Positions 19,972 to 30,991 of a stretch of DNA of 64,000 nt are shown piece by piece. Source of the DNA: Nitrosopumilus sp. (lineage in GTDB: Archaea > Thermoproteota > Nitrososphaeria > Nitrososphaerales > Nitrosopumilaceae); assembly GCA_965203315.1 (NCBI GenBank), contig OZ241857.1, positions 1,696,001 through 1,760,000 on the forward strand, given 5' to 3'. The notes under the pieces were generated by a model, which saw only the letters and a list, made by a program, of their open reading frames with translations, did no database searches and had not been told where the DNA came from. The translations under genes were made by a program, and so were the position numbers. Numbering within the stretch: position 1 is the first letter of the stretch; every line of letters begins with the position of its first letter.

Positions 19972-20844
19972 ATGAGTTTTGTAGATCTATATTTGAATAG
20001 AGGTACATTAATCGCAAGTTCTGATACGGAACCTGTATCCACCGTATTTGGAGTACCATTTGATTCTACTCACTCTTACAAACCTGGTTGTAGGTTTGGC
20101 CCTGATGCTATCCGTGACGCATACAACAATATTGAGACATTTCATCCACAGTTTGGTATAGATCTAGAAACGATAGGAATTGAAGATCTTGGAAATACTC
20201 CTCATACCGTATCTTCCTCAACAATGGTTGAGATGGTTCAAAAGATAACTACCGAACTATTACACAAAGATAGACAGATCATTGTTTTAGGCGGCGAGCA
20301 CTCTATAACATATGGAACATACACAAGCTTTCCAAAAGAGACTGGATATGTCGTATTTGATGCTCATTACGATCTACGTGATGGATTTGCAGATACCAAG
20401 TTGAGCCACGCAGCATATCTGCGTCGTATAATCGAAGAACGTGGATCTGACAAGATACTTCATGTAGGTGCAAGGGCGTTTGTAGGCGAAGAACTCGAGT
20501 TTCTAAAAGAGAATAATATCTCCACAATAACTGATAGAGATATTCGTAATGGTGATGGACCTAAACTATTATCACAGTTTATTGACAGACTCGAATCTGT
20601 CTATGTTAGTTTTGATCTAGATGTACTAGATCCAGCTTTTGCACCAGGCGTTGGAAATCCAGAAGCAGTAGGAATATACTCGCGTGAATTGTTTGACATG
20701 ATTGATTCATTTGCGTCTACTCGGATTCTCGGTGTGGATATTGTTGAGTTAAATCCATATCACGATACGGGTGCCACATCTACCCTTGCTGCTAAAATAA
20801 TGTCTACGATGATTGCGTTAAACTTGACGCAGCAATCTAGATGA
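19972..20844 (+). CDS. speB: Agmatinase
   Basis: GGEHSIT, FDAHYD, DLDVLDP..APG. Confidence 0.92.
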   Translation: MSFVDLYLNRGTLIASSDTEPVSTVFGVPFDSTHSYKPGCRFGPDAIRDAYNNIETFHPQFGIDLETIGIEDLGNTPHTVSSSTMVEMVQKITTELLHKDRQIIVLGGEHSITYGTYTSFPKETGYVVFDAHYDLRDGFADTKLSHAAYLRRIIEERGSDKILHVGARAFVGEELEFLKENNISTITDRDIRNGDGPKLLSQFIDRLESVYVSFDLDVLDPAFAPGVGNPEAVGIYSRELFDMIDSFASTRILGVDIVELNPYHDTGATSTLAAKIMSTMIALNLTQQSR

Positions 20845-21014
20845 GTTTGGACACATTGATCTTTCGGCTCTTCAAAATTGAGATAAACACCTCTGAATTG
20901 AACTCTTGTGATCTTTTGCTATGTTGTTGACTTTGATATCGATTTACATGCCTACTGCTCTGAATTTAGTAGAATACAAAAGATCTAACTCTTCATTTTT
21001 AGATGCTGTGGTTC

Positions 21015-21131
21015 AATTCTTTTCAATTTACCCAGGATAGTATTCTAGAAGACTTTTTCTAAAAACGTTCCTATAAAGTCTGCTGGTACTTTTTCTGTTA
21101 AAATCCTATCTCACATAAATCGAAACGATCT
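21015..21131 (-). mobile_element. MITE family A copy (reverse orientation, diverged)
   Basis: Aligns by eye end to end with the reverse complement of 59431-59547. Confidence 0.7.
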
Positions 21132-21144
21132 AAGTTGTAATGTA

Positions 21145-22275
21145 TTACATCTTGTCGAGTAGGGATTTTTGATAATGTTGTAATGATTGTCCAATCGGTC
21201 TCTTTGGATTGGGAGGTGCAATTATCTGATTCAAGATCTTTGGAGGTAGTTTAGACTCGATAGCATCATTGACATTCTTTTTTATCTTCAAGATGTTGCT
21301 TTTGTATAAATCAATACCAGTAAAACTACGTTGCAGACATGCAGATACTATCCCTGTTGTTCCTCTTCCAGCAAATGGATCTAGAACATGATCACCTTTC
21401 CGTGTTGTGAATTTTACGATATTTGCAATCAAGTCTTCTGGAAACATTGCAAAATGCTCATTGCCGTGATGCGCTTTAGTTGATATCTCCCAGACATTGC
21501 CAGGGTTCTTGCCTAGTGGATTACATGCTGCAAATACAGGATAGTGTTTGTGTCCGCCGACCCTCTTTCGAGTTGCATGCCTCTTGAACTTGCGATAACA
21601 GGTAGGGCAATGTTTCTCTGGATCATACCCAAAAGCCCAAGATATCTCATTCGTGGTAGGTAATTCACTAAACGGCGTATCTGGAGTAGCATTATGAATG
21701 GTTTCAAGAATCTTCTTTATTGCCCGTTGATTCTTCTTGAACGGTCTAGTCTGTATGTTTTGAATTGGAGGCGGTTTACTTGAACCGGATGTAACCTCGT
21801 TTCCTTGTACACGAATCGAGTCCATATCTAGATAAGGTTTACCAGACTTTGATAGAAATAGTACAAATTCATACGATTGAGTTAGACTCGTTTTTGAACT
21901 TGACGATACAGCATTCTTTTTGTACCAGATAATATCTTCATGAAATACATATCCTATTTCGGTCAATGCGATAGCAAGCTTGTGAGGGATCATTAGTTTT
22001 GAATGGTTTCGTCTAGTGTCACCAATTACAATAAACAGACTACCATCGTCTCTTAGTAATCTTTTACATTCTGCAAACACATCGACCAACTTTTCTATAA
22101 ATAACTCGGGAGTGCTCTCTTGACCGATCTCGTTACGCTTTGTTCCATAACTTCGATGTTTATAGTAGGGCGGAGATGTAATGACTGTTTGATACTTTGT
22201 GTGCTTTGGCTCTTGGGCTAACTTGGCCAAGATGTCTAGTGCATTACCCTCAAGTATTTTGGGTGTGACGGTCAT
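21145..22275 (-). CDS. Beta-class N4-cytosine/N6-adenine DNA methyltransferase
   Basis: TSPPY precedes DPFAGRGTT; H.AMFP; CxxC insert. Confidence 0.9.
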   Translation of the reverse strand: MTVTPKILEGNALDILAKLAQEPKHTKYQTVITSPPYYKHRSYGTKRNEIGQESTPELFIEKLVDVFAECKRLLRDDGSLFIVIGDTRRNHSKLMIPHKLAIALTEIGYVFHEDIIWYKKNAVSSSSKTSLTQSYEFVLFLSKSGKPYLDMDSIRVQGNEVTSGSSKPPPIQNIQTRPFKKNQRAIKKILETIHNATPDTPFSELPTTNEISWAFGYDPEKHCPTCYRKFKRHATRKRVGGHKHYPVFAACNPLGKNPGNVWEISTKAHHGNEHFAMFPEDLIANIVKFTTRKGDHVLDPFAGRGTTGIVSACLQRSFTGIDLYKSNILKIKKNVNDAIESKLPPKILNQIIAPPNPKRPIGQSLQHYQKSLLDKM

Positions 22276-23434
22276 AGTATAACTCCCGCTGAAATGTATA
22301 TGCAGTCAACTATATCTTGTTCTGTCATCTTGATCTGTGGGATCTTGGATCGTATATTGCCTGCCATCTCTTTCAGTAAAGATAGATCGTTAGAATTGAC
22401 TTTTAATTCTTTCATCTGGGCTTTAAAATCAGAGTCTGTGTTGTAGAGATCTCTTATACACATGTGACAGTTTGTGCCAAATTCTAAGAATTGATGTCTC
22501 TGTGATATCCCTAGAGTCAATGCAATCCACATATCGTCCCATGGCTTTTTAAATATACTAGTTGACAGATCATCTAACACATATTTATTATTTGTGAATC
22601 TCTTTATGACCTCATCACCATAAACAGTTTCAATGACAAACTCGATATTATTTTTAGGCATTATGATCTTTAGATTTTCAACATCAGATGATAATCCCGG
22701 ATTAGTACTGGAATACTTCTCCATTAGATTTTTACTCGTGGTATAAAATCCACTGCGTTTATCGTCAATCAAAGTAGCTGGACTTCCTTGTATATTGTAC
22801 AGAAAACCCATGAGCATCTCAAATTTTGTTATGCCTATCTTGGCAAGTAATTCTGGTAGTGTATATTCTTGTTCTGAGTTTGTGTCAGTTAGAGCGATAG
22901 TGTCGTCTATGATCTTTTTTGATAGTTCAAAATATTTCTTCAATCCTTCATTTCTAGCTGCTGTTCCTCCACTATCTATTCTATTTTTAATCTCAAAGAG
23001 AGTTAATTTTTTGTCTTGAACATTAAGCAAATCAATCTTTAGTTTAAATTTTTTTGAAACGACACCATTTAGATCTTGGGTATCTTTTACTAATTTATCG
23101 AGAAATGTTGACAAGTATAACTCTTCATAAGAGGTCGCACCTGTAAATTTTTTAAAAAGTTTTTGTAATATTTTTCCACGACTACCTTTTGAACCCCAAA
23201 AATACGATGTAATCTCTAAAAATGAATTATAGTAATTGGCGTTAGATTTTGTTGCTTCTTTACCATAATACTGTCCTGCAAATGGATCGATGCTCGAGTA
23301 ACTGTTACTTGTTTTTTCAAAGATCTTTGTTATTGTGTTTTATATGCATCATACAACCATCTTTCTTGCTCAGCAAGTTTTGACTTATCTTGTAAGAGTA
23401 ACAAGGTTCTAGTACAAAGTTCTGTTTCTGTCAA
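22272..23434 (-). pseudogene. Probable type II restriction endonuclease, frameshifted near its 5' end
   Basis: ID(L)...FEIK PD-(D/E)XK-like motif; overlaps the MTase start; the frame is open back to ~23340 and joins the upstream LTETELC...DAYK frame if one A is added to the A4 run (plus T4, 23338-23341). Confidence 0.65.
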
Positions 23435-23557
23435 ACTATACAGATATCATATGTTCATTATTTATACCTACAATCTTTACATGACAAGGATATCAGATTT
23501 TTCCAAAACTGATTTTATCGTTTCAAGATAGAGGTGTTTGCATCACTTTGTTATATT

Positions 23558-23610
23558 GGATCTTTTCAGTTTACGCATGATGGTATTTTAGAAGACTCTT
23601 CTAAAAATAT
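23558..23610 (-). mobile_element. MITE family A partial copy
   Basis: GGATCTTTTCAGTTTACG...TTTTAGAAGACTCTTCTAAAAA matches the first ~50 bp of 21015-21131. Confidence 0.6.
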
Positions 23611-23886
23611 CTTATTATCTAAACATATTAAAATGCATATTTGAATAAAATCAATATGTATTGTGTTTACTCTTACCTAAAAACAAATTTTAAAAGAGTT
23701 GAGTTCTTACATGTGATCACTCTCTAGCTCATAGTTGGATACTCTCCACAATATGGTAGATATGATGTATGGCGATATATTGAATACTGTGAATGTGTGA
23801 GTTTCAGTATCAGTTACACTAGTTGCTATAGTGATTCCAATATACGATATTCAGACTTTATTAGATAGTATGATTGGGATTAGCAC

Positions 23887-24453
23887 ATGTTGAATAATCT
23901 TAGAGAGCATCTTCGACCTCTTCTCGAGGGAGTTGGAAAAAAGTTTGCAGCGACAGGTCTCTCACCAAACTTTTGGACACTGGTGGGTCTCGGATTTGCA
24001 TTCCTCTCTAGTATTGTATATGGTATTGGGATAGAGTACAGTCTCTTGATTGGTGGAGTTTTGTTGTTGGTCTCGGGATTCTTTGATATAGTTGATGGTC
24101 AAGTTGCACGAGTCACATCCAAGACATCTAGACGAGGCGAGTATCTAGACTCTGTGTCAGACAAGATTGCTGAAGTTGCAATATTTCTTGGAATTCTATT
24201 GGGTAATCATGCTGATCCTTATCTGATTATTCTTGCAATATCACTGTCACTGCTTGTGAGTTATGCTAGAGCAAAATCTGATGCAATACAGATAAAATTG
24301 CAAGGAATTGGAATAGGTGAGCGAGCCGAGCGATTACTAGTTGTTGCAGCTGTAGGCATGATCGGGTTCATGGAGTATGCTATGGTTATAGTCGCAGTTA
24401 TTGCCGCAATTACTCTTGTACAACGAATTATAGTTACACTAAGATCGATCTAA
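23887..24453 (+). CDS. CDP-alcohol phosphatidyltransferase family protein
   Basis: D..DG.VAR......G.YLD...D motif. Confidence 0.9.
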   Translation: MLNNLREHLRPLLEGVGKKFAATGLSPNFWTLVGLGFAFLSSIVYGIGIEYSLLIGGVLLLVSGFFDIVDGQVARVTSKTSRRGEYLDSVSDKIAEVAIFLGILLGNHADPYLIILAISLSLLVSYARAKSDAIQIKLQGIGIGERAERLLVVAAVGMIGFMEYAMVIVAVIAAITLVQRIIVTLRSI

Positions 24454-24737
24454 CGTAGCTTGCCACGCTTTCTTCGGTTGTCTGCTGAACGAATCTTTAG
24501 AATCTTGAAATGAATTGCACATGATATACAGTACCATTTTAGAACCGTCGGTGATGCAATGTATGTCCCTTGAGCTCGAAGTTCCTTGGCTAGTGTATGT
24601 TCAACTAGATTTAATCTAGATGTGACCTTTTTTGCTTTGTCCTTTGGTACAGTCTGCCCGCAATTTGTACATTGAACAACACCTGACGAGCCTTTTCCTC
24701 CCTTTGTACGACCACGACTTGCACGTTTTAGTGGCAT
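24450..24737 (-). CDS. rps26e: 30S ribosomal protein S26e
   Basis: MP.KR...GR, C.NCG..VPKDKA, YCISCAIH. Confidence 0.95.
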   Translation of the reverse strand: MPLKRASRGRTKGGKGSSGVVQCTNCGQTVPKDKAKKVTSRLNLVEHTLAKELRAQGTYIASPTVLKWYCISCAIHFKILKIRSADNRRKRGKLR

Positions 24738-25258
24738 GACAATAGCCTGATCTACCTACTTATATTCTTGAGTTTGTAGCTTGTCTCGTCTTGATATCTC
24801 TTGTCACCGTATCATGAGACTCGCTTTGGAATTCATGTGATTTCTCTGATCTGTCCAACGAGTGTCTTGACAACTAATAGTTTGAGATTTGTGCAGATGT
24901 CAAGAGTCTAGACCATGGTTTTGTGATATCTCTAATTCCATCTAGTTGACAAGACGCCATGTTGATATCATGCTCAGACACCTCAAGTCCAACATCTTAC
25001 AGAGCCCTGTTCAAACACGATGTCGATTTGTTGTACAACATCTCTACGTCAAATATTGCATAATATCTATAAAAAGTAGTTTTTACGAATTTTACATAAT
25101 GTCTTTTAAGCCCTTAATAAATATCGGATGTAATGCGAGGTCTCTGTCATCTGTGTTATACATCAGGTACCGAACTAGTGATAATCCATAACATGATAAT
25201 GTGTAAACGTTGTGCTAAAAAAGCAAGACACTAATTCAACTCATCTCAAATTAGCTGT

Positions 25259-26128
25259 ATGAAACTAGCTGTATTTGCACACTGCGCAATAGATACAATT
25301 CAGATAGGATCTAGTCAGTATGAGCAGATTGGTGGTTCCGGTTGCTATTGTAGTATGATGGCAAGAAAGTTTGCTCTCAAAGTTGATCTTGTCACAAAGT
25401 TTGGTCCCAATTTTCCACAACAGTATCTAAAGAACGCCGGCGTATCATTTGTTGACAGCATCTCAAAGAGTGACACAACTAGATTCAAGATAACTATTGA
25501 TGGCTCAGAGAGACATCTATATCTGGAACACGAATGTGTTCCTATTCAATATCAAAACATTGATGCCGACTGTCATCTGATCAGTCCAATATATCATGAA
25601 ATATCGTTCGAGTTATTCTCAAGACTAAAGAAAGACTCTAAATTTCTTCTAGTTGATCCACAAGGATTTTTACGTAGAGTGGATACAACAAATCTCATCA
25701 AACTCGAGCCGACTGATCTAGATCTAGCTGGAGTTGATGCAATCAAGATTAATGCAGACGAAGGAGCTTGTCTTGCAAAAGGAACACCAAAAGAGTTGAT
25801 GCTTTCATTACAAAAACGTGGTGTACAGTATGTCTTGTTTACAGACAAGACAATGATCTCGTTGTTGGTCAAAGACAAAATATACTCAATAACTCTTCCA
25901 AACAAACAGATCTATGACACGACCGGAGTAGGCGATATCTTTTGTACAGCATTTTGTGCAACGATGTTGCGAGAAGATGATTTCTTGTGGGCTCTCTGTT
26001 TTGCTGGAGGTGCAGCTCAAGCTACATTAGACTCTAAAGAGGTTGGTCTACAAAAGATTCCAAAACGAGGAACTATTCAGACTAACGCATCCTACTTTTA
26101 CAACCTAGTCAAGTTTTACGATATCTAA
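25259..26128 (+). CDS. PfkB-family carbohydrate kinase
   Basis: GGSG, VDPQG, DTTGVGDIF. Confidence 0.85.
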   Translation: MKLAVFAHCAIDTIQIGSSQYEQIGGSGCYCSMMARKFALKVDLVTKFGPNFPQQYLKNAGVSFVDSISKSDTTRFKITIDGSERHLYLEHECVPIQYQNIDADCHLISPIYHEISFELFSRLKKDSKFLLVDPQGFLRRVDTTNLIKLEPTDLDLAGVDAIKINADEGACLAKGTPKELMLSLQKRGVQYVLFTDKTMISLLVKDKIYSITLPNKQIYDTTGVGDIFCTAFCATMLREDDFLWALCFAGGAAQATLDSKEVGLQKIPKRGTIQTNASYFYNLVKFYDI

Positions 26129-26173
26129 AGTGATCGTACTGTTATTAAAGTAGATATTACCAAATGACTGATA

Positions 26174-27169
26174 ATGCAAGTTGGAATCTATGGATCAGGT
26201 GTTGCAGAGAATGCAGCCAAGACTATAAAGAAACTCTTGGATGAAAATGGAATTCGTTCATTCACTTCTAGATCCAAGACCAAGCATGTAGATTTTACAA
26301 TAGTGTTGGGGGGTGATCGTGGAGTTCGAAACTATTTTCATAGAACATTTGATTCAACATCTCCTGTACTCGGTGTTAACGAAGGTGAGTCTGGTGGTTT
26401 CCTTGCACAGATCGAACTGCGCGAGTTTTCATCGTTTGTCAAAACTTTGAAGAATCAAAACTACATCATAGAAGAGGTTCCTCGTTTAGGTGTAAAGATA
26501 GATGGACGTAGCGTCTATCCTGTCTTGAACGACGTTGGCATCTTTTCATCAAAGAGTGCAATGTTGATGGAACATACTTTACATGTAAACGGTGAAGAGG
26601 TATGGCACGATAACAGTGATGGTATAATAATATCTACCCCCATCGGCTCATCTGCTTACTCGATGTCAGCCGGTGGCCCAATGATCTTTCAAGACTCTGC
26701 TGTATTTGAGATAATCTCTGTAAACTCTCTGGATATAACAAGACGTCCAATAGTAGTATCAAACAACAGCTCGATCTTGATCGACGATATAGCAGCTAGA
26801 CTACACTGCGAAGTAATCCTTGACGGTCTAGATAGATATACGGTTACAAAGAATGTAGAGTGTAATCAGTTCTTTCCACCCGCCAAGATAATTCGACTCA
26901 AAAAAGATCTCACCGCAATCTCTGCATTGACAAAAAAGGTTCATTTAGCAGAGGATCTACTCAGCATGCCACCTAGCGCAAAGCTACTCTTAAAGACTCT
27001 CGAGTATGAGGGAACGCTAACCCAGAAAGATCTTGCAAACAAGACACTCTTGCCTGATAGAACAGTCCGATTAGCATTGAGTCATCTGTTAAAGAAAGGA
27101 TATGTCAAGAAGAAGGTGTCAGTCCGAGATGCAAGGCAGCGTATTTACGAGATATCAAAGATGGACTAG
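26174..27169 (+). CDS. NAD kinase-family protein with C-terminal wHTH
   Basis: GGD, LND, DGIIISTPIGSSAYSMSAGGP; MarR-like C-terminus. Confidence 0.85.
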   Translation: MQVGIYGSGVAENAAKTIKKLLDENGIRSFTSRSKTKHVDFTIVLGGDRGVRNYFHRTFDSTSPVLGVNEGESGGFLAQIELREFSSFVKTLKNQNYIIEEVPRLGVKIDGRSVYPVLNDVGIFSSKSAMLMEHTLHVNGEEVWHDNSDGIIISTPIGSSAYSMSAGGPMIFQDSAVFEIISVNSLDITRRPIVVSNNSSILIDDIAARLHCEVILDGLDRYTVTKNVECNQFFPPAKIIRLKKDLTAISALTKKVHLAEDLLSMPPSAKLLLKTLEYEGTLTQKDLANKTLLPDRTVRLALSHLLKKGYVKKKVSVRDARQRIYEISKMD

Positions 27170-28770
27170 GGTACTCTAGCAGCTGCACGCATAAATGCCA
27201 CAAACACGTCTTCAGGAAATCCTGGTCTACTGTTAAACTCTGGATGAAATTGGACTCCTATGTGGAATCGATGATCTGGGATCTCTAGTGACTCCATTCT
27301 CCTACCTCTATCACTATGTGCTGCAAAGATCATTCCATTTGCCACAAACACGTCTATAAACTCTGGATTGATCTCGTATCGATGCCTGTGTCGTTTGTTA
27401 ATTACATCGGAATCATATATGGATCGCATCATTGTATCTCTCTTGATATTGATCTCATTTGAACCTAAACGTAACGATCCACCCATATCGCTGACATCTA
27501 TCTGCTCTGGCAAGATATCTACTACTGGATATTTAGTATCAGGATTGAGCTCTGTAGAGTTTGCTCCATCCAAGTTTAATACATCTCGAGCAAACTCGAC
27601 TGCTGCTAGTTGAAATCCAAAACATATTCCTAAAAATGGAATGTCTTTGACTCTGGAATACTTTATTGTGTTGATTATTCCTTCCGAACCTCTTGTACCA
27701 AATCCGCCCGGAGCTAGAATTCCATCATATCTTGATAGTGTTGTATAATCTGTAATATTCTCAGAGTCTATCCAATCTATTACAAGTGATCTATTAACAC
27801 TTGCAGCAGCATCGCCAAGTGCGTGATTTACGCTTACATAGCTATCAGCTAGTGCGACATATTTACCAACCATGGCAATCTTGACCTCTTGTTCTTTTTG
27901 AGATGATATAGTATGTGTTATCTTGTTCCATGCATCCCAATTTGCAGATGCGTTTACCATTCCAACCATTCCGAACTTTCTAAAGATAGAATCAATTATT
28001 CCTTGATCGTATAGTGTCTGTGGAACATCAAATATCGATCTTACATCATGACAAGACAATACATCCTCGGGCATGACATTTGTAAACATGGCAATCTTTT
28101 TCTTCGTCTTTGATTCAAGTGGTACAGTACATCGAACGGCTAAAAAGTCTGGTTGGATACCTATGCGACGCAACTCTTGAACGCTATGTTGTGTAGGTTT
28201 TGTCTTTTGTTCCCTCACGACATCGAGAGATGGTGCAAGCGTAACATGAACAAAGATTACCCCTTGTGGTCCTTCCTCAACTCTCATCTGTCTTAGAGCC
28301 TCTAGGAACGGTAGTGACTCGATATCACCTACTGTGCCTCCACACTCTATTATCAAAAAATCTAATCTCTCTTTTTGTGCAATGTCTCGTATTCTTTTTT
28401 TTATCTCGTCTGTGACATGAGGAATTATCTGAACACATGCACCCAAGTATTTACCTTGCCTCTCTGCTTCTATTACCGACGAGTATACTTGGGCTGTTGT
28501 GATGTTATGATCTTTGGGCATATTTTGATTCAAGAACCGTTCATAATTTCCAATATCCATATCACACTCGCCACCATCTTCTGTCACAAAGACCTCGCCA
28601 TGAGCAACTGGATTCATAGTTCCAGCATCATAGTTTAGGTAAGGATCGATCTTGACACAAGATACTCGCTGATCTGCAAGTTGGAGCAGCTTTGCTATCG
28701 ATGATGTGGTGATGCCCTTTCCCAGACCAGACATTACACCTCCTGTAACAAAGATAAATCTTGTTTGCAC
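27166..28770 (-). CDS. pyrG: CTP synthase
   Basis: TGGVMSGLGKG, KTKPTQHSV, GICFG, RHRHRYE, QFHPEF; start may extend to 28791. Confidence 0.97.
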   Translation of the reverse strand: MQTRFIFVTGGVMSGLGKGITTSSIAKLLQLADQRVSCVKIDPYLNYDAGTMNPVAHGEVFVTEDGGECDMDIGNYERFLNQNMPKDHNITTAQVYSSVIEAERQGKYLGACVQIIPHVTDEIKKRIRDIAQKERLDFLIIECGGTVGDIESLPFLEALRQMRVEEGPQGVIFVHVTLAPSLDVVREQKTKPTQHSVQELRRIGIQPDFLAVRCTVPLESKTKKKIAMFTNVMPEDVLSCHDVRSIFDVPQTLYDQGIIDSIFRKFGMVGMVNASANWDAWNKITHTISSQKEQEVKIAMVGKYVALADSYVSVNHALGDAAASVNRSLVIDWIDSENITDYTTLSRYDGILAPGGFGTRGSEGIINTIKYSRVKDIPFLGICFGFQLAAVEFARDVLNLDGANSTELNPDTKYPVVDILPEQIDVSDMGGSLRLGSNEINIKRDTMMRSIYDSDVINKRHRHRYEINPEFIDVFVANGMIFAAHSDRGRRMESLEIPDHRFHIGVQFHPEFNSRPGFPEDVFVAFMRAAARVP

Positions 28771-29064
28771 ATTAAAGAAACGAGTAAACACCTTTTGTAT
28801 GTTTTGTCATGTTGTGGTTGTGGTTGTGGTTGTGTATAACATATTCACAGGCTCTATAATACCTAGAGAAGCGGGCTGAGATTTGATGCATCAAATATCG
28901 ATTATTGTCTTTATGTTAACAAAAAAAGTAGAATAGGAGTATGTGGCCGTGAGCATATACTCTTTCTAATTTGCTAGTTTAAGTCTCAAACTCTGAAAAA
29001 GTCTTGTATTGCATATTACAAATTAATCGTCTAATGTTTTAACAAACTATGATTCTATGTATGT

Positions 29065-30348
29065 CTACGGTGTGAGCCGATCTATATCTCTTGGATATAG
29101 TGTCGCATCTCGAATATTCTCTGTACTTGTGAGTGCCATGATCAATCGCTCTAGACCGATTCCACATCCTGCATGAGGTGGCATTCCATAATCGAACGCA
29201 GTTAGATGATATTCAAACGCGTCGATCGTTAGTCCCTTGTTCTTCATCTTGGTCTCCAATTCTTTACGATCTGCAATTCTTGTACTGCCAGAAGATAACT
29301 CTAGATCTCCATACATCAGATCAAATGACTCTGATATATTCGAGTCTGTCTTGCTCTCCTTTACATAGAACGGTTTTGGAGCCATCGGCCAATCTTTGAT
29401 AAAGTAGAATCCCTCTAGGCCAATCTTTTTGAGATTTGATGGATATAGATCATCTCCCCACTCTACCTTTGCATCGACTGACTGCATCTTTTTCAACAAT
29501 TCGTCATATGTGTATCGTGGAATCTTGTCTGGTATGTGGGGTACAGCAAATTTGGAGTTATCTGCTACCTTGGCTGATACTTTGATGATATCTTCGATTC
29601 TATCTATAATGTCGTTATAGTCCACAAACGCTTCCTCCAAATCTATTGATATGGCCTCAGCTAGATGGCGATTAGTTCTAGATGGTTCAGCGCGAAAGAT
29701 CGGTCCTATCTCGAACACTTTCTCAAAACTCATCGTGAGTTGCTCTTTATACAACTGTGGACTCTGTGCCAAGAACGCTTGTTTATTGTAGTAAAATATC
29801 GGAAAGAGAGCTGCACCTCCCTCTGTTGCTGACGAGATCATCTTTGGTGTATTGATCTCTACAAAACCATCGTTATGGAGATAGTCTCTGATTGCTTTTA
29901 GTATGTTACTTCTTGTGATAAATATGTCTTGAAGCATAGTGCGTCTGAGATCGATTGATCTAATCTCAAGTCTAGTCTCAATATTCTTTACCGTCTTGGC
30001 AGTTGGCTCAAACGGAGGAGTCTTTTGAGCATTTGTAAATACATGTAGTGCCTCTGGCACAATCTCAAATCCGCTTGGCGATTTAGGTGATGCTTTTACC
30101 ATTCCAGTAACTCCAACAGATGAGTGTGCTTTGAGAGACTCTAGTCTAACTCGTATCTCGTCAGGACAGCTACCTTTCTTGGCAACGACATAGATATCTC
30201 CGCATCTATCTCGTATTGTGGCAAAGATGATGTTACCGTGTCTTCTAATAGTCAGTACCCATCCCATTACGGTTACACGACTGCCATCTGTTGTAGAATC
30301 AAACTGATCAGAATAGTGCGTTCTTCGGATATCGCCTAGATCGTCCAT
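29065..30348 (-). CDS. aspS: Aspartyl-tRNA synthetase (archaeal type)
   Basis: LAQSPQLYK, FRAE.S.T.RHL.E, PPHAG.GIGLER. Confidence 0.95.
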   Translation of the reverse strand: MDDLGDIRRTHYSDQFDSTTDGSRVTVMGWVLTIRRHGNIIFATIRDRCGDIYVVAKKGSCPDEIRVRLESLKAHSSVGVTGMVKASPKSPSGFEIVPEALHVFTNAQKTPPFEPTAKTVKNIETRLEIRSIDLRRTMLQDIFITRSNILKAIRDYLHNDGFVEINTPKMISSATEGGAALFPIFYYNKQAFLAQSPQLYKEQLTMSFEKVFEIGPIFRAEPSRTNRHLAEAISIDLEEAFVDYNDIIDRIEDIIKVSAKVADNSKFAVPHIPDKIPRYTYDELLKKMQSVDAKVEWGDDLYPSNLKKIGLEGFYFIKDWPMAPKPFYVKESKTDSNISESFDLMYGDLELSSGSTRIADRKELETKMKNKGLTIDAFEYHLTAFDYGMPPHAGCGIGLERLIMALTSTENIRDATLYPRDIDRLTP

Positions 30349-30491
30349 AGTTCAACTTTGTATTTATGGTATAATTAATTTTGGTAATTGTTGAATCTTG
30401 TGGCGTATCGAATGAGACTATGATGTATATCGCCTCTAGATTCTCCACGGATCATACATAACGCTTATAGCAACACAGATCTGATGATGAC

Positions 30492-30701
30492 TTGATGGAT
30501 ATACTGATGGGTCTAGTTATTGCGACTATTATCATAGCTGCAGTATATGTGGGCTCACATGCTGCAATGCATGCTGAAGATAAACCAGCTAAAGGACACA
30601 ACATCTCTATACTTCCTCATAAATTAGATAGCCAGACTATACATCCATACGTTACTAGTTCATTCCACAAAATATACAACCCAAACATATCTTATGCTTG
30701 A
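30492..30701 (+). CDS. Small membrane-anchored hypothetical protein
   Basis: N-terminal hydrophobic helix. Confidence 0.4.
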   Translation: MMDILMGLVIATIIIAAVYVGSHAAMHAEDKPAKGHNISILPHKLDSQTIHPYVTSSFHKIYNPNISYA

Positions 30702-30750
30702 GAGTATTGTCTAGTTAATACTAAAATTATCAACACCATGTTGCTTATTT

Positions 30751-30963
30751 GTGACTCTCTCTGATCGAGAAAGATTGATTGCAGTTATATCCAATGCAAT
30801 AACCGTATACTCTGCCTTAAAAGAACAAGAACGTTCTAGTTCCAATATGTACGAGTTTGTCTTGAATGCTGTACCCTCTGAGATACGCTCAAACCTAGAT
30901 GCTGCACTAATAGACGAAGTATTTGCATATGTATCTTCAATACACTCAAGTCATAATTCATAA
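30751..30963 (+). CDS. Small hypothetical protein
   Basis: Helical-looking ORF directly upstream of purP. Confidence 0.55.
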   Translation: MTLSDRERLIAVISNAITVYSALKEQERSSSNMYEFVLNAVPSEIRSNLDAALIDEVFAYVSSIHSSHNS

Positions 30964-30991
30964 AGCACACGCGAGAACCAATTATATCATA

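Noticed and set aside
23586-23606. TTTTAGAAGA-C-TCTTCTAAAA palindrome as a dif/att site
   Set aside because: Lies inside a family-A MITE copy, and no tyrosine recombinase is present in the window
28810-28835. (GTTGTG)4 microsatellite, and similar tracts near 16035-16070 and 35870-35900
   Set aside because: Short intergenic low-complexity runs with no evidence of function
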